A model generated the notes under the pieces. It made no database searches. It had not been told where the DNA came from and saw nothing but the letters and a program-made list of their open reading frames with translations. This document shows positions 14,186 through 27,111 of a stretch of DNA of 64,000 bases, in pieces (positions within the stretch are counted from its first letter, which is position 1; each line of letters begins with the position of its first letter). The position numbers and the translations under genes are program-made. This stretch comes from Octopus vulgaris (lineage: Eukaryota): assembly GCA_951406725.2 (NCBI GenBank), contig OX597826.1:73470001-73534000 (forward strand), in the 5' to 3' direction.

Positions 14186-14438
14186 TTAATTCATGCAAAA
14201 TTGGAATGAAGCGCTTTATTAGCAGAACACAAACTGGTTGGATTCTCATGGATCAAAACAAGTAGGTTAATTGGTCAATAACGTAGCAAGCCAGAAAATG
14301 TAATTTTTGGTAGTTAGAGTACCTTTGTATAAGGAAAAGCACTCGGTCCAGAGCTACGGTCATCAAGGGTTAACCACTTCGAGGAGAGCAGAATGCTGTT
14401 GGTAGGGGTGGGTATGAAAGGCACCAATACAGACGGTA

Positions 14439-15610
14439 TTACTTTCGATGAAGACTGCTTGATAATATCTCTGATGCCCGGTTAATCGATATCTTTGGCT
14501 GTTTTGATATTTGACACTTTTCAGTTAGGCGCAGAGTACAATTTGGGGTTCCGTTGAAATGTAGAATATTTTGTAGGCAATGTTCCGTGTTACAGTTCTA
14601 TATTTAAGAGATGAAGAATTGTGTACATTATTTACATTTGACGGATATTTGTCCTCATCTTGTTTGTTGTTAATACAACATTTCGGCTGATATACACTCC
14701 AGCCCACGGGCATATGGCGTAGTGGTTAAGAGCGCGGGCTACTAACCCCAAGATTCCGAATTCACTTCCAGGCAGTGACCCGAATGATGATGGTGATGAT
14801 GGTGATGATGATGGTGATGATGGTGATGGTGATGGTGGTGGTGGTGGTGGTGGTGGTGATGGTGATGGTGATGATGACGACGACGACAGCGAAAAATACC
14901 TCAGGAATGAGAACCCAGGTTCGAAATTTCCCCAAGGCACCTGATGGAGGCTGTAGGGTATATCAGCCGAAACCTTGTGTTAAAAACAAACAAGATGAGG
15001 ACAAATATCCGTCAAATGTAAATAATGTAAATGTTCCGTGTTATTTGGTCATACATCGATCCGTTATTATGTTCGTTCTCGAATTGGGCTAAGAAATTTG
15101 TGTTTTCTCTGTCACGTGAGTTGAATGGGTGAAGAAACTAGTGAAATGGGTTTTCGAAAGAATTCGCAGTCAGTCTCACCCGTTCCGTATAAACTGTAAA
15201 TTCTATATACTACCACTTTCAAGTGACAAAACACCGTTACCAGGCAGGCTGAAGAACGTCTTCGATAAGCTGGCTGTTGGAGTGGGGCTGCCTAGGCGTA
15301 TGCTTTCAGCTGTGATGTCTGATGTGGAAAGCAATTTTAAACGAGGCAGAAACAGCTCACTTCCATGTGGACTGATGTATGCATGTAGGGCCGGGGGCGC
15401 TTTTTTTGTAAAATGTGAGTACGCGCGCGCAATTGCCTTTTTTTTTTTCGCTAAATCAAAGCGTCTTAATTTGATAGAATTCGGCAAGTCTGCACTCTAT
15501 TGTAGTACTACAACCGCCATCTGGTCAACCGAAGATGCATGGTTCGATTTCCGGGAGTAACTTATCCCCTTTTCCTTTAGGATCTCTTTCGATATTTTAT
15601 AACCTAACAT
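14439..15610 (-). pseudogene. Decayed Penelope-like retroelement ORF C-terminus (GIY-YIG endonuclease region), split by a family D SINE
   Basis: Minus-strand fragments across frames: VVYRIYSLYGTGETDCEF (GIY-YIG-like VVY...GET), THFTSF, and HFNGTPNCTLRLTEKCQISKQPKISINRASEILSSSLHRK*. The last fits the PLE C-terminal pattern CxLCLxEKxxI...LNxRSE...CxH. Several stops and frameshifts. Confidence 0.65.
14593..15029 (+). mobile_element. SINE family D: inverted 3' copy, tRNA-like head, (GAT/GGT)n, hammerhead-like tail; 14-bp TSD
   Basis: TSD AATGTTCCGTGTTA at 14579-14592 and 15030-15043. Inverted repeat 14624-14703 versus 14950-15028. A-box-like TGGCGTAGTGG at ~14714. Tail gcac-CTGATGG-A-GGCTG-loop-CAGCC-GAAAC-ctt-gtgt. 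Confidence 0.88.
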
Positions 15611-15667
15611 TTATAGCTTCATTTGCATTATGCATGTGTATGTGTATATATATATATATATATATAG

Positions 15668-15910
15668 CGGAGGCGTGTGGTTAGGGTATCAGCACCATGA
15701 TCGTAAGATTGTGGTTTCGATTCCTGGACCGAGGGCGACGCGTTGTGTTCTTGAACAAAACACTTCATTTTCACGTTGCTCCAGTCCACTCAGCTGGCAA
15801 AAATGAATAACGCTGTGATGGACTAGTGTCCCATCCAGGTGGGGCATATATATACCATAGAAACTGGGAAACCGGGCCCATAAGCCTGGCTAGGCTTGAA
15901 AAGGGTGCAA
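15668..15910 (+). mobile_element. tRNA-derived SINE family C
   Basis: Matches the 18895 copy over its full length. Confidence 0.88.
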
Positions 15911-16495
15911 AAAAAATATACATATATATACATATATATATATACAAGCACATACATATTCATACGTACATACAGACATACATACTTTATGGTGTACTGT
16001 ATATCCCACTGTACTTAATATAAAAAAAAAGAACTTTTAAGGGGGAGCCAGTAACGCAGCGCCGTTTTCCCATCTCCTTGGTCCCAGCTGTGACTGCCTC
16101 TTTTGTCTTACCTTCATCGTTCCTTTCAAACATTTTTTTCTGGGGTTCCATCCTCCTCCTCCTCCTCCTTTTCTTCACCACCTTCTCTTCCTTCTCCCGA
16201 TGGCATCTCCTCCCTTTCCCCCTCTCTGACCTGTTTTTTCCTCTCCATTAAGTTTAACTAATCTTTGCCTTACCGTGTCCCTCTAAGTCTTTTAGGGGCT
16301 GTTGGCGGGGGTGTCTGTGGTGGTGGTGGTCGTCGTCGTCGTACTGCTGCGATTCATTACTTCACTCTAATTGTATGACCGAGTGCAAATTGTAGCTGAA
16401 GGACATTTTTATGCGAGCTTAAAGACAATTATATATGCATGTATATATATGTATATGTATGTGTATATATATGTATATATATGTATATATATATG

Positions 16496-16550
<55 letters not shown>

Positions 16551-16655
16551 GTATGTATGCATATGTATGTATGTATGCATATGTATGTATGTATGCATAT
16601 GTATGTCTATATATATTTATATATATGTATATATATATATATATATGTATGTATA

Positions 16656-16720
<65 letters not shown>

Positions 16721-16741
16721 ACACCACACAGAAAGATAGAC

Positions 16742-16800
<59 letters not shown>

Positions 16801-16807
16801 CAGATAG

Positions 16808-16880
<73 letters not shown>

Positions 16881-16919
16881 GTGGTGGTGGTGGCGGTGGA
16901 CATTAGATGAAACTGACCC

Positions 16920-17055
16920 TTATAATCTGTACCCCATAGGCACGTTACCTTCCTCGAGCCAACCCACGCGACACATCTGGGTGGGCGGGAGAGGGAACCG
17001 CCACGCAGTCAGATAATCAGATTATCTATAATCTCCATATTAGTAGGGGATTAGC
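16920..17055. promoter_or_regulatory. Candidate paired-class/K50 homeodomain site cluster
   Basis: Palindrome AGATAATC-A-GATTATCT (17011-17027) containing TAAT-CAG-ATTA, plus TAATCT at 16923 and 17029 and GGATTA at 17048, in unique sequence. Confidence 0.35.
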
Positions 17056-17364
17056 GAACGAGGTGTCAACCTGGAGGCCTTACGATCGAACTAAACAATG
17101 ATGAAGTCAAAATCCACTGGTGTAAATTTGAGCCGAAAGGGGAGCTTAAAAACCACTGATTTCGACTTTTGGATACATCGTCCTCGTCATCACCATCATC
17201 ATCATCATTGTCGTCATCTTTGTCGGCTTAGTATTTGTATAATCCTTTGCGAGGAAATAGCAAAGAAATTATCACCTTCCCTTTTTATTACACAGGGTGT
17301 GCCAAAAGTCAATGCACCAAAACACTTGACATTTTATTTAGATTGCGTTATTGTTATTATTACG

Positions 17365-17610
17365 AGCAGTCGAGGGGAAGAGGGTTGCCTACTTGGCGTA
17401 CCCTTGGCAGTCGGAGTGACCAGGATGCGCGGGGTGCCCTGGTTGGCCATTACTAAAACTCCCTTCTATTTGGTAATTCTGTTGTTTAATTTTTTAACTA
17501 CTTTTGATTTTTATTGTTTACACGTTTTCGACTTTAAACCCCACTTGTTCCTTGCTTTGTATTGTCCCCATATGCTTTTGTGTTCGGCCCTTGTAACCAA
17601 TAAAGAAAGG
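17365..17610 (+). mobile_element. Probable LINE 3' UTR ending AATAAAGAAAGG then (ATT)n
   Basis: GC-rich stretch, T-rich stretch, polyA-like signal and simple-repeat tail. The last ~60 nt resemble the SINE B tail. Confidence 0.5.
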
Positions 17611-17684
<74 letters not shown>

Positions 17685-17687
17685 ATA

Positions 17688-17822
17688 GGCGGCGAGCTGG
17701 CAGAATCGTTAGCACGCCGGGAGATAGGCTTAAAGTACCAGTTACGCCCGGTCTGAGATTCGAACCCGCGATCCTTCGACCGCGAATCCGCTGCTCTAAC
17801 CACTAAGCCATGTGCCTCCACA
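17688..17822. mobile_element. SINE B head fragment (+) joined to a family C-related tRNA-like head (-)
   Basis: ggcggcgagctggcagaatcgttagcacgccgg; the reverse complement of 17747-17820 has TGGCTTAGTGG and GGTTCGAATC boxes. Confidence 0.7.
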
Positions 17823-18619
17823 CATCTTATAAAAATACCTTCAGTATTTTATGTAATCTCCTAATTAAATAGGGAGCGTTTGATTTGCTGCTACATCTGC
17901 TAGACATAGCCCTCAAATCATACATTATTGTCTTAAAAATAGAAGGACAAAACATTCACGGTTAGAAAGGGTCGTCCAGGGGTTAAACTGCGACAAGAGA
18001 GATTGTCTGTTATACTAAGCAGGACAGGGTAACTACGTAGAAACACACTAGCTGACAAGACTCAAGCTAAAGTTATGTAGATGGCGCTGTGGTTGATCAA
18101 AGGTTTTATAGAAAGGATTTAACGTCGGGGAAACAAGACAAAACTGGAGACAGCAATGTGTCACGAGAGATTGCTGTCATAGCACAGAATTAACTTGAGT
18201 TTATTCTGTGACATATTACTAAGGTGTGGAGCACTTCAGCACATCCAACCTAAGGCTCTGTTGTCAGAGTCTATTATGACATACGCTGGAGGGCACGCAG
18301 TAAGATCCTATGACACTCGGATGTCTTAATCAATCATATTTTCGTCTCACGAGGCGAGGGAAGAAGAAATGCAAGAGATAAATGGAAATTGCCTGAGACT
18401 CTTGCGTACGTAGATTGTAATAATAAATGTACTAGAAGCACAACTACATATATACTCACACATACATGCACATATACGTATGCAGTATGTATATGTATAT
18501 ATATATGTATAATACATGTGTGCGTGCGCGTGTCTGTATATGTATACATATATGTGTGTGTGTGTTTGTCTCTGTGTATATATATATCGCCATGTTGATT
18601 CGCTAGCTTCTGCACGCAT

Positions 18620-18795
18620 TTTTTTCTCTCCTTGTTTCTTTCCGTGTTTCTTTTCTGTGTATCTTTCTGTCGAAGAGCGTAGGCTCGAAACGTAAAGGAC
18701 TTGTTTTATTTCTATTCCTGAGCGCCATACTAATACAATTGTTTGTTTGTACTCCACCTGCCTTCGTCTTTTGTTTATTTTCATAAAGCTTCCCG

Positions 18796-18797
<2 letters not shown>
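18620..18797 (+). mobile_element. Penelope-type terminal fragment, family P1, second copy
   Basis: tcttt-CTGTCGA-A-GAGC-gtag-GCTC-GAAAC-GTA-aagga; downstream matches the 12620 copy; ends at (TA)n. Confidence 0.68.
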
Positions 18798-18857
<60 letters not shown>

Positions 18858-18894
18858 GTATGTATATATATGTGTGTATATATACGTATATATT

Positions 18895-19156
18895 GTGGAG
18901 GGGCGTGGCTTAGTGGTTAGGGTGTTAGCATCATGATCGTAAGATTGTGGTTTCGATTCCTGGACCGGGCGACGCGTTGTGTTCTTGAGCAAAGCACTTC
19001 ATTTCACGTTGCTCCAGTCCACTCCAGTTGGCAAAAATGAGTAACGCTGCGATGGACTGGCGTCCCGTCCAGCTGGAGAACTCATACGCCATAGAAACCG
19101 GGAAACCGGGCCCATGAGCCTGGCTAGGCTTTAAAAAGGGCACATTTATATTTTAT
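18895..19156 (+). mobile_element. SINE family C, full length, 18-bp TSD
   Basis: A box TGGCTTAGTGG, B box GTTTCGATTCC. TSD TATATATACGTATATATT at 18877-18894 and 19157-19174. Confidence 0.92.
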
Positions 19157-19889
19157 TATATATACGTATATATTAATGTATAATATATATATATATATAT
19201 AATTGAGAGTGAATTCGAAGTACCCCGGGGTAGTGACTTGTTTAAACAGTTTGCACAAATCACCACCGTTGAACTTAGGATGTATCTGTCAAAAAAATTA
19301 TGAAAATATTATTACCTTCTACATTCGTGTTTGGTCCTTCTTTCAGTCAACGTTTGTCGTTTTTCAGCAAAGAAGAGCGAATTGTCTTTCTATGTCTCGT
19401 TGCAAAGGTGAAATAAATCGTGTGGTTGGAACGGGCGAACGAAGTGAAAATTGGCTGGACTGTACTGAATATTAGCAAGTTCTGAGATCTGGGTCACGTG
19501 TTTGTTTCTATCATTCCCAAAGCGCCTAATATTATAAGCATTGTTTCTATTCTCAGTCCCTTGTATACATGTGTGTGCGCGCGACAGATAACCACACACA
19601 ACACACGCACAGCAGTTCGACTGGTTTCGTTTCGGATCACTTTCAGGTTTTAGATCCACTCATTTTGGCTGTGTTCGATGCAAAAGGCTAAAACAGAGAT
19701 GCTGTAATGAGTTGCGCTGTTTAGGCCCAGTTTAGCAAGGTCTTGAAAACTTTTAACCTGTAGTTGGCATTTACCGTAAGGTTACTGAAAGGTCGGTCAT
19801 ACTTTGCATTTTGTCTGACATTTGCAGATCGTTAAAAAAAAATGTAATAATAATAATAATAATAATAAAATTAATACTACTACTACTAC

Positions 19890-19936
<47 letters not shown>

Positions 19937-20021
19937 GCAGCAACAACATTAGTAATGAGAACGCGGTGGTTCACCTAGAGATGCAGCATAAGCTTGCATA
20001 AAATTGCTCGAAATATGATAA

Positions 20022-20085
<64 letters not shown>

Positions 20086-20295
20086 GCAACAACAACAATA
20101 ATAATCATAAAGACGGTGATGATACTTATAATGACAAAGTCGGCGACGTTGTTGATGATGATGATGATGAGGAGGAGGAGGAGGAGGAGGTGGAGGAGGA
20201 GAAGAATGATGATGATGATGATGATAATGATAATGATGATGATAATGATGATGACGACGATGGCGGCGGTGGTGTTAGTAATGGTGTGATGAAGG

Positions 20296-20330
<35 letters not shown>

Positions 20331-20822
20331 GTCATGATGACAACGACAAGGACGGCGATGACAAATGAATAGAAGGTTTGGCGACAAGAAAGCAGAAGAG
20401 TCTGCAGACGGTGGATGCCTGAACACAATCTGGAATCGCTCCAAGTTCGTGAAAGCACCTGTTGAACTAGGTGTCTGTCTGTCTGTTAGTGAGGAACAAA
20501 CGCTAAACGCCCATCAGCTGTCGGCGGCTTCTTTTTTCGTCTTCTCTTACCTTGGCATCAATTTCTATTGCTAAGAAATTCCAGAACGCGTAAGCTAGCT
20601 GTTCGTTGCGTTCATTGCTGTTTTAGTAGCACTGATCATTGAGATGGCGGTTTCGAATCTAGTTCTGACATCCCATGTTTGAATTTGAAATTTTTAAAGA
20701 ATGAAATAGGATCAAATGGCAAATTACTAAATTGTTTTATCGCTTATCTTTTACTTTTTTGGTCACTAGTTTACGGCCATGCTGGGGCACCACTAATCAG
20801 TGTTTAGTCGAAAAAATCGACC

Positions 20823-20881
<59 letters not shown>

Positions 20882-20936
20882 TACATAGCTGAGACAGTAG
20901 TTATGGAGCCATTGCAGATTTCCGATGCAGCGGATA

Positions 20937-21084
20937 TATAATCGTTAAACAGGACGTCAAACGTTAAGACAAGGCAAATATCTCAAGTCATATACAATAT
21001 TATTACAGGAAGAAATTCAAAATTTCTTACTGTGATAATATTGTATAAGACTTGAGATGTTTGACGTCCTGTTTAACAATTATA
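20937..21084. repeat. Long hairpin: ~64-bp arms, 3-nt loop, 17-nt insertion in the left arm
   Basis: tataatcgttaaacaggacgtcaaac...agaaatt-caa-aatttct...gtttgacgtcctgtttaacaattata. Confidence 0.88.
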
Positions 21085-21120
21085 CACACACACACACACA
21101 CATATATATATATGTATAAG

Positions 21121-21579
<459 letters not shown>

Positions 21580-22682
21580 GACGGGCTTTCACGCAGTAAT
21601 ATATTAACAACTAGTAGATGTAGCAGGAGTGTAGGAGTACAATGATATACAAACACAAAACAGCAACTGCCACCTCCCTGTTCACTACACACACCCATCA
21701 TCACAATTTCCCCCACCCAACCACTTCCAATTATGTTATCTACATACCTTACACTATTTCTGCTCTATACTATAGCTGCTCATTACTTATATATATTTCG
21801 CTCGATATAATTTGGTCGACTGAAACCAACGCTCGCAGCGACAAACAGTTTTCTTACGCGAAAAACTCTCGCTGTTCCTCAGACCGCCAATTTGGAAAAA
21901 TACTGGATTTCAATATGGCAGCCTGACGAACTAGATGAATTTTCGCTTAAGGAAACTGTAACGGACCGTCTAACTTCACTGTTGGAGCTTTCTCATATAC
22001 CTCTCTAACTTCTGTTCCTACACAATACACGCCTCCTTTACGACAGGTCGGTCATTTACGATAGAAAGAATAGCTGAATTTACCTCAAATCATACTATCT
22101 TTAACAAAAGGCACATTTAGTTCTTGTATTATGAAATGCATGACGCATTCATTACATGACAAGAGAAGACGGGAGGGCCACGGCTAGAATGGTTTGATGG
22201 TAGGTCTCCTGGATCCAGACTTACCTAATGCATTTGTAGAGACAGGTGAGAGAAAAAAAACACTTGATTAATATAGTGAAGTTTATTTATTCTAGTTTGT
22301 GCGTCGACTCCGAGATTCTCGTTTCTAATATATTATTCCTCAACGCCATTGACGGAATCTTACGCGTATGTCCTTGAGCAATGAATGTCTGCAGCGACAG
22401 ATCGAGAAAGACATAGACAAAATGAGTACGAGGTACATTTAGGTATTGAGTAGCTTCAGTAGAAGTGTGCAAGGTAGAAAATAGTTTAGAAGAAGGGAAC
22501 AAGACAATAAAATTAACAGTACAAATTGTACAAAGGTATATAAAATGAAAAGGGGATAAGGAATAGTTGTAGCATGTGAATATATGCGGCTTCGTGTGCG
22601 CGATAAATATTCACGTATGGCTGTAGTTTATACAGGTGTGGCTACAGCAGCATGTGTGTAAGTGTATGTACGTTTGTGTGTG

Positions 22683-22743
<61 letters not shown>

Positions 22744-22821
22744 GTGTGTATGTGTGTGTGTGTGTGTGTATGTGTGTGTGTGTGTGTATGTATATAAGAG
22801 AACAAAATGTACGTACGTCGC

Positions 22822-23018
22822 TATATATAAAATACAAAATGGGACAAGAACGCAAAACATCCAGAATCCAGAGGATAATCTGGTTCTTGACTGAAGAAAG
22901 AAAACTTCGAAAGACCCGTCCTTGTTTTCTTTGCATCGTCTTTCTGGATGTTTTGTTGTCCCCTTTTTGTATCACCTAGTTGTCCGGATGTTTTACGTTC
23001 TTGTCCCATTTTGTATTT

Positions 23019-23028
<10 letters not shown>
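22822..23028 (+). mobile_element. Family P2 copy with an inverted duplication of its 3' end at the 5' side
   Basis: 22822-22865 is the reverse complement of ~22984-23028; contains CTGAAGA...CTTCGAAA; ends at (TA)n. Confidence 0.75.
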
Positions 23029-23116
<88 letters not shown>

Positions 23117-23694
23117 AGCTGTATATGTGCATGTGTGTTGTAGACATGCGTGCATATGTGTATCTGTATGTGTTGTATATAGTTGTGTGTATGTATGTTT
23201 GTATGTGTCTTCGTGCGTGTAAGTACGTGTGTGTGTGTACGTGCGTGTGTTTGTACGTGGTTGTATGTGTTTTTTTGTGTTTTGTGTGTGCGTATGAGAG
23301 AGAGACAGACAGACAGAGAAGTACGAAGTAAATTGAGTGTGTAAAGAGAGATTGAGAGATTAAGAGAGAGGAAGGTGAGAGAGAGGGAGGCGGGTAGGTG
23401 GAGGAGACAGAAGAGCCGGTAAACAAATGAGAACGAGAGAGAGGGGGAGATAAAAACAAAATGGACCGTAAATTGGTTTGTGTATATGTCATTGTGGGTA
23501 AAAAGGAGGAGGTGAGAGGGTGGGGGTACAGTAAAGGGCTGTGAGAGTGGCATTTAGTGAGAGAGAGAGAGAGAGAGACTGAGTGAGAGATTGAATGAGT
23601 GAGGGGTGTAGGTATAAGGGGGGAGTCAAGTGAAGACGTTTCACAGCCATTTGAAGAAAGTTTTGTACTTGCGTTTCTCTGTGTGTGTTTGCGC

Positions 23695-23740
<46 letters not shown>

Positions 23741-23829
23741 ATCGTTTGTATATGTGTGTGTGTGCGTATACTTACATATATACATACACGCACACACATA
23801 TACATATATACATATATATACATACATAG

Positions 23830-23883
<54 letters not shown>

Positions 23884-24539
23884 GTATATATAGAATCAGC
23901 TGTTCTTGAACTACTAACTTCCACCGGGGTGCAACACAAGACACTCCCGCACTCTCTCTGTCTCTCACACACACACATACATGTGGACTGTTGTACACGT
24001 ACACAGCCAGATGTGCACACACACACACACACACACAGACTGGTGCTTGTAAGTAACCTACACTCCCATACATGTTGCCAACTACTTAATTCTTAGCGGC
24101 ACCACCACCACCACCATCACCATTACCACCACCATTACCACCACCACCATTTTTACCATCACCCCTACCACCACCACCATCACTCAACCAACCTCTTTTC
24201 CTACATCACCAAATGCCTCTCACCTTTACGTTTATTTCCTCGTCGTACGCGAGACACGGAGGAAAAGGATTTATTTTATCTTATCTAATCTAAAGCCTTT
24301 AGCGAAAAAGGACAGTCTACGCGGAGTCAGGGATATACATATATATACATACATATATATATATAGAGAGAGAGAGGGCGAGAGGACAGTCTTCGATCAA
24401 TCATGCATGATGATTCTACGCCACCAAGAAACATGGTGCTGCCGTTCGGAACGACTTTCGGTAAACAGAAGTAAGAGAAATTTGCAATATTTTCTGAATG
24501 TATTCATTCAATCAACAAACTTTTAACAATAACAACAAC

Positions 24540-24588
<49 letters not shown>

Positions 24589-24620
24589 TTGACAATAACA
24601 CGCTGATAATAAATCAACAA

Positions 24621-25410
24621 TCTTTTATCTTTAGCTTGTTTCATTCATTAATCTGTGACCCATGCTGGGGACACAGACTTGAAGGGGTTTTTTGTCGAAC
24701 GAATTGACCCCACCCCCAGTACTTTCTTTTATTTTTATATTCTTTTACTTGTTTCAGTCATTTGACTGCGGCCATGCTTCAGCACCGCCTTTAGTCGAAC
24801 AAATCGACCCCGGGACTTATTCTTTGTAAGCGTAGTACATTTTTCTGTCGAGCTCTTTTGCCGAACCGCTAAGTTGCGGGGACGTAAACACACCAGCGTC
24901 GGTTGTTAAGCGATGTTGGTATGGGGGACACAGACTCACAAACACACACACACATACACATATATACGATGATATTTGCCCAAGGTGCCACGCAGTGGGA
25001 CTGAACCCGGAACCATGTGGTTGGTAAGCAAGCTACTTACCACACATCCACTTCCGCGCCTATATAATTTTTTTTATTTTATTTCATTTTTCTTTCTTTA
25101 TTTATTTATTTATTTATTCATAAATTTATTTGAAGCCTAGTATTTATTTTGTCGGACTTTTTTGCCGAACCGCTAATTTACGGGGACTTAAACACATCAA
25201 CAGTTGTCAAGCGGTGGAAGGAGACAAACACACACACACACACGCACGCACACACACACACATACGATGGGCTTCTTTCAGTTTCTGTTTACCAAATCCA
25301 CTCACAAGGTTTTGGTCGGGGCAAAGCCTTAGTGGGGCCAAGGTGCCACTCAGTGGGACTGAACCCGGAAACATGTGGTTGGGAAGGAAACTTCTTACCA
25401 CACAGCCACA
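24621..25410 (-). mobile_element. Older SINE A copy interrupted by a younger SINE A
   Basis: The tail at 24621-24725 continues at 25130-25410. Confidence 0.75.
24741..25061 (-). mobile_element. SINE A, younger, with an internal deletion
   Basis: Tail through head, highly similar to the 47007 copy, but lacking ~60 nt of body. Confidence 0.88.
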
Positions 25411-25454
25411 TCAAACATTTTCCGGGAAAGGGCTAGTGTTGGCATATTTTTATA

Positions 25455-25517
<63 letters not shown>

Positions 25518-25692
25518 ATATATATTTATCGATTTCGGAATGTTGTAAGGCATAATCGACCACCAGAGGGATTTGAACCTCGAAAAAAAAAAGTTATGCA
25601 ACTGGATACTGCAACACACTTTCTCTTGCGTCCCGACCGATTCTGCCAACCACTGGTACTACTGCACTAACAACAACAACAACAACAACAAC

Positions 25693-25747
<55 letters not shown>

Positions 25748-25914
25748 GTGCTGTTTATCTTCATATGAGATCACCATGTCGCGCACATATGGTTGTGATG
25801 CATGTGCCTAGTGTACCCTTATCAGACGGGTAGTCATGATGGGTATACTGGGCTTCGTATATTTTACCCCAGTGTCACTTTAATGGCATGCACTGCTCAA
25901 TAATAATAATAATA

Positions 25915-26108
25915 AACCTTTCTACTATAAGCACAAAGCCTGAAATTTGGTGGGGTTGGATAATCGATTACATCGACCCCGGTGTTTTACTGGTACTTAA
26001 TTTATTAATCTCGATGAAAAATAAAGTCGACCTCGATGGAATCTGGACTTAGAGCGTAAATACGAACCAAATGCCGCTAAGCATTTCGTTCTACCCCCTC
26101 ACTGCCTT
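25915..26108 (-). mobile_element. SINE family B, old copy
   Basis: atcgacccc...tggtacttaattta...aaagtcgacctcg...gccgctaagcatttcg. Confidence 0.75.
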
Positions 26109-26569
26109 AATAATTATGATGACAATTGACAAAATATGTGAACACATCTATGATTCAATCCTCCTTCTACAAGAAAACCTCTAATAACTAGAGTCAATCA
26201 AGGGACCTCACAGACCCAGGATCTCCCTGACCATCAAGGACACAAGCTCTTACCCAACTGTTGTTCTCTAATCGACAGGGGCTTGCTTAGATTAGGTTCA
26301 TTCACCCTAGATATTTTTTGCCCCAATCATTCTCCTTTTGGCCAATTCTCTGGGAGAGAGAACTTCTCTCTCCGTCCTCACTTTCCTTTCTAAGTGGTGT
26401 TTTAAGAAGTCGATGAGGGCTTGAAAAAAGTGGAAGATGTTTTTCCTCGACCCGCCCTTTCAGTTTCGTTCTGATGGTTGTGGTGGTGGTGGTGGTGGTA
26501 GCGACAGTGATGACAAAGACAGTGACAATAGAAATGATGATGATGTCGATGACAAAGATGATCATGAGG

Positions 26570-27111
26570 TCTTCTAATTTAGGCGCAAGGTCAGAAATTT
26601 TAAGGAGTTAGATGACACCACCAAACCTAGTACTTGACTGGTGTTTTACTTTATCGAACCCCAAAGAATAAAAGACGAAGGTAACCTCGGCGGAATTTGA
26701 ACTCGAGATAAGCTTTGCCAAATTTAACACTAATACATATTGGTTTTAAAAATTTTGGAACAAGGCCAGCAATTTCAGGAGAAGGCATAAGTCGATTACA
26801 TTGACCCCAGTGCTCAACTGGTACTTTATTTTACCGACCCCGAAAGGATGAAAGGCAAAGTTGACCTCGATGGAACTTGAACTCAGAACATTCTTTTCTT
26901 CTCGAGGCACAAGGCCCAAAATTTGGAGGGAGGAGGCTAGTCGATTAGATCGACCCCAGTACGCAAATGGTACTTAATTTATCGACCCAGAAAGGATGAA
27001 ATGCAAAGTCGACCTCGGTGGAATTTGAACTCGATGTAATCGACTTAATCCCTTTGCCTGTCCTTTTTTGTCCCCTCTATGTTCAGCCCCCTGTGGACAA
27101 TAAAGAAATAA

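Noticed and set aside
14405-14430. JAB/MPN-like motif IGAFHTHP on the minus strand
   Set aside because: It lacks the downstream S..D residues, and another frame is better explained as a PLE C-terminus.
17098-17161. Box C/D snoRNA (ATGATGA...CTGA)
   Set aside because: No convincing terminal stem, internal boxes or verified rRNA complement; such short boxes arise by chance.
17747-17820. tRNA gene
   Set aside because: A and B boxes are present, but it matches the SINE C-type head and I could not form a proper acceptor stem. The same applies to the other SINE heads.
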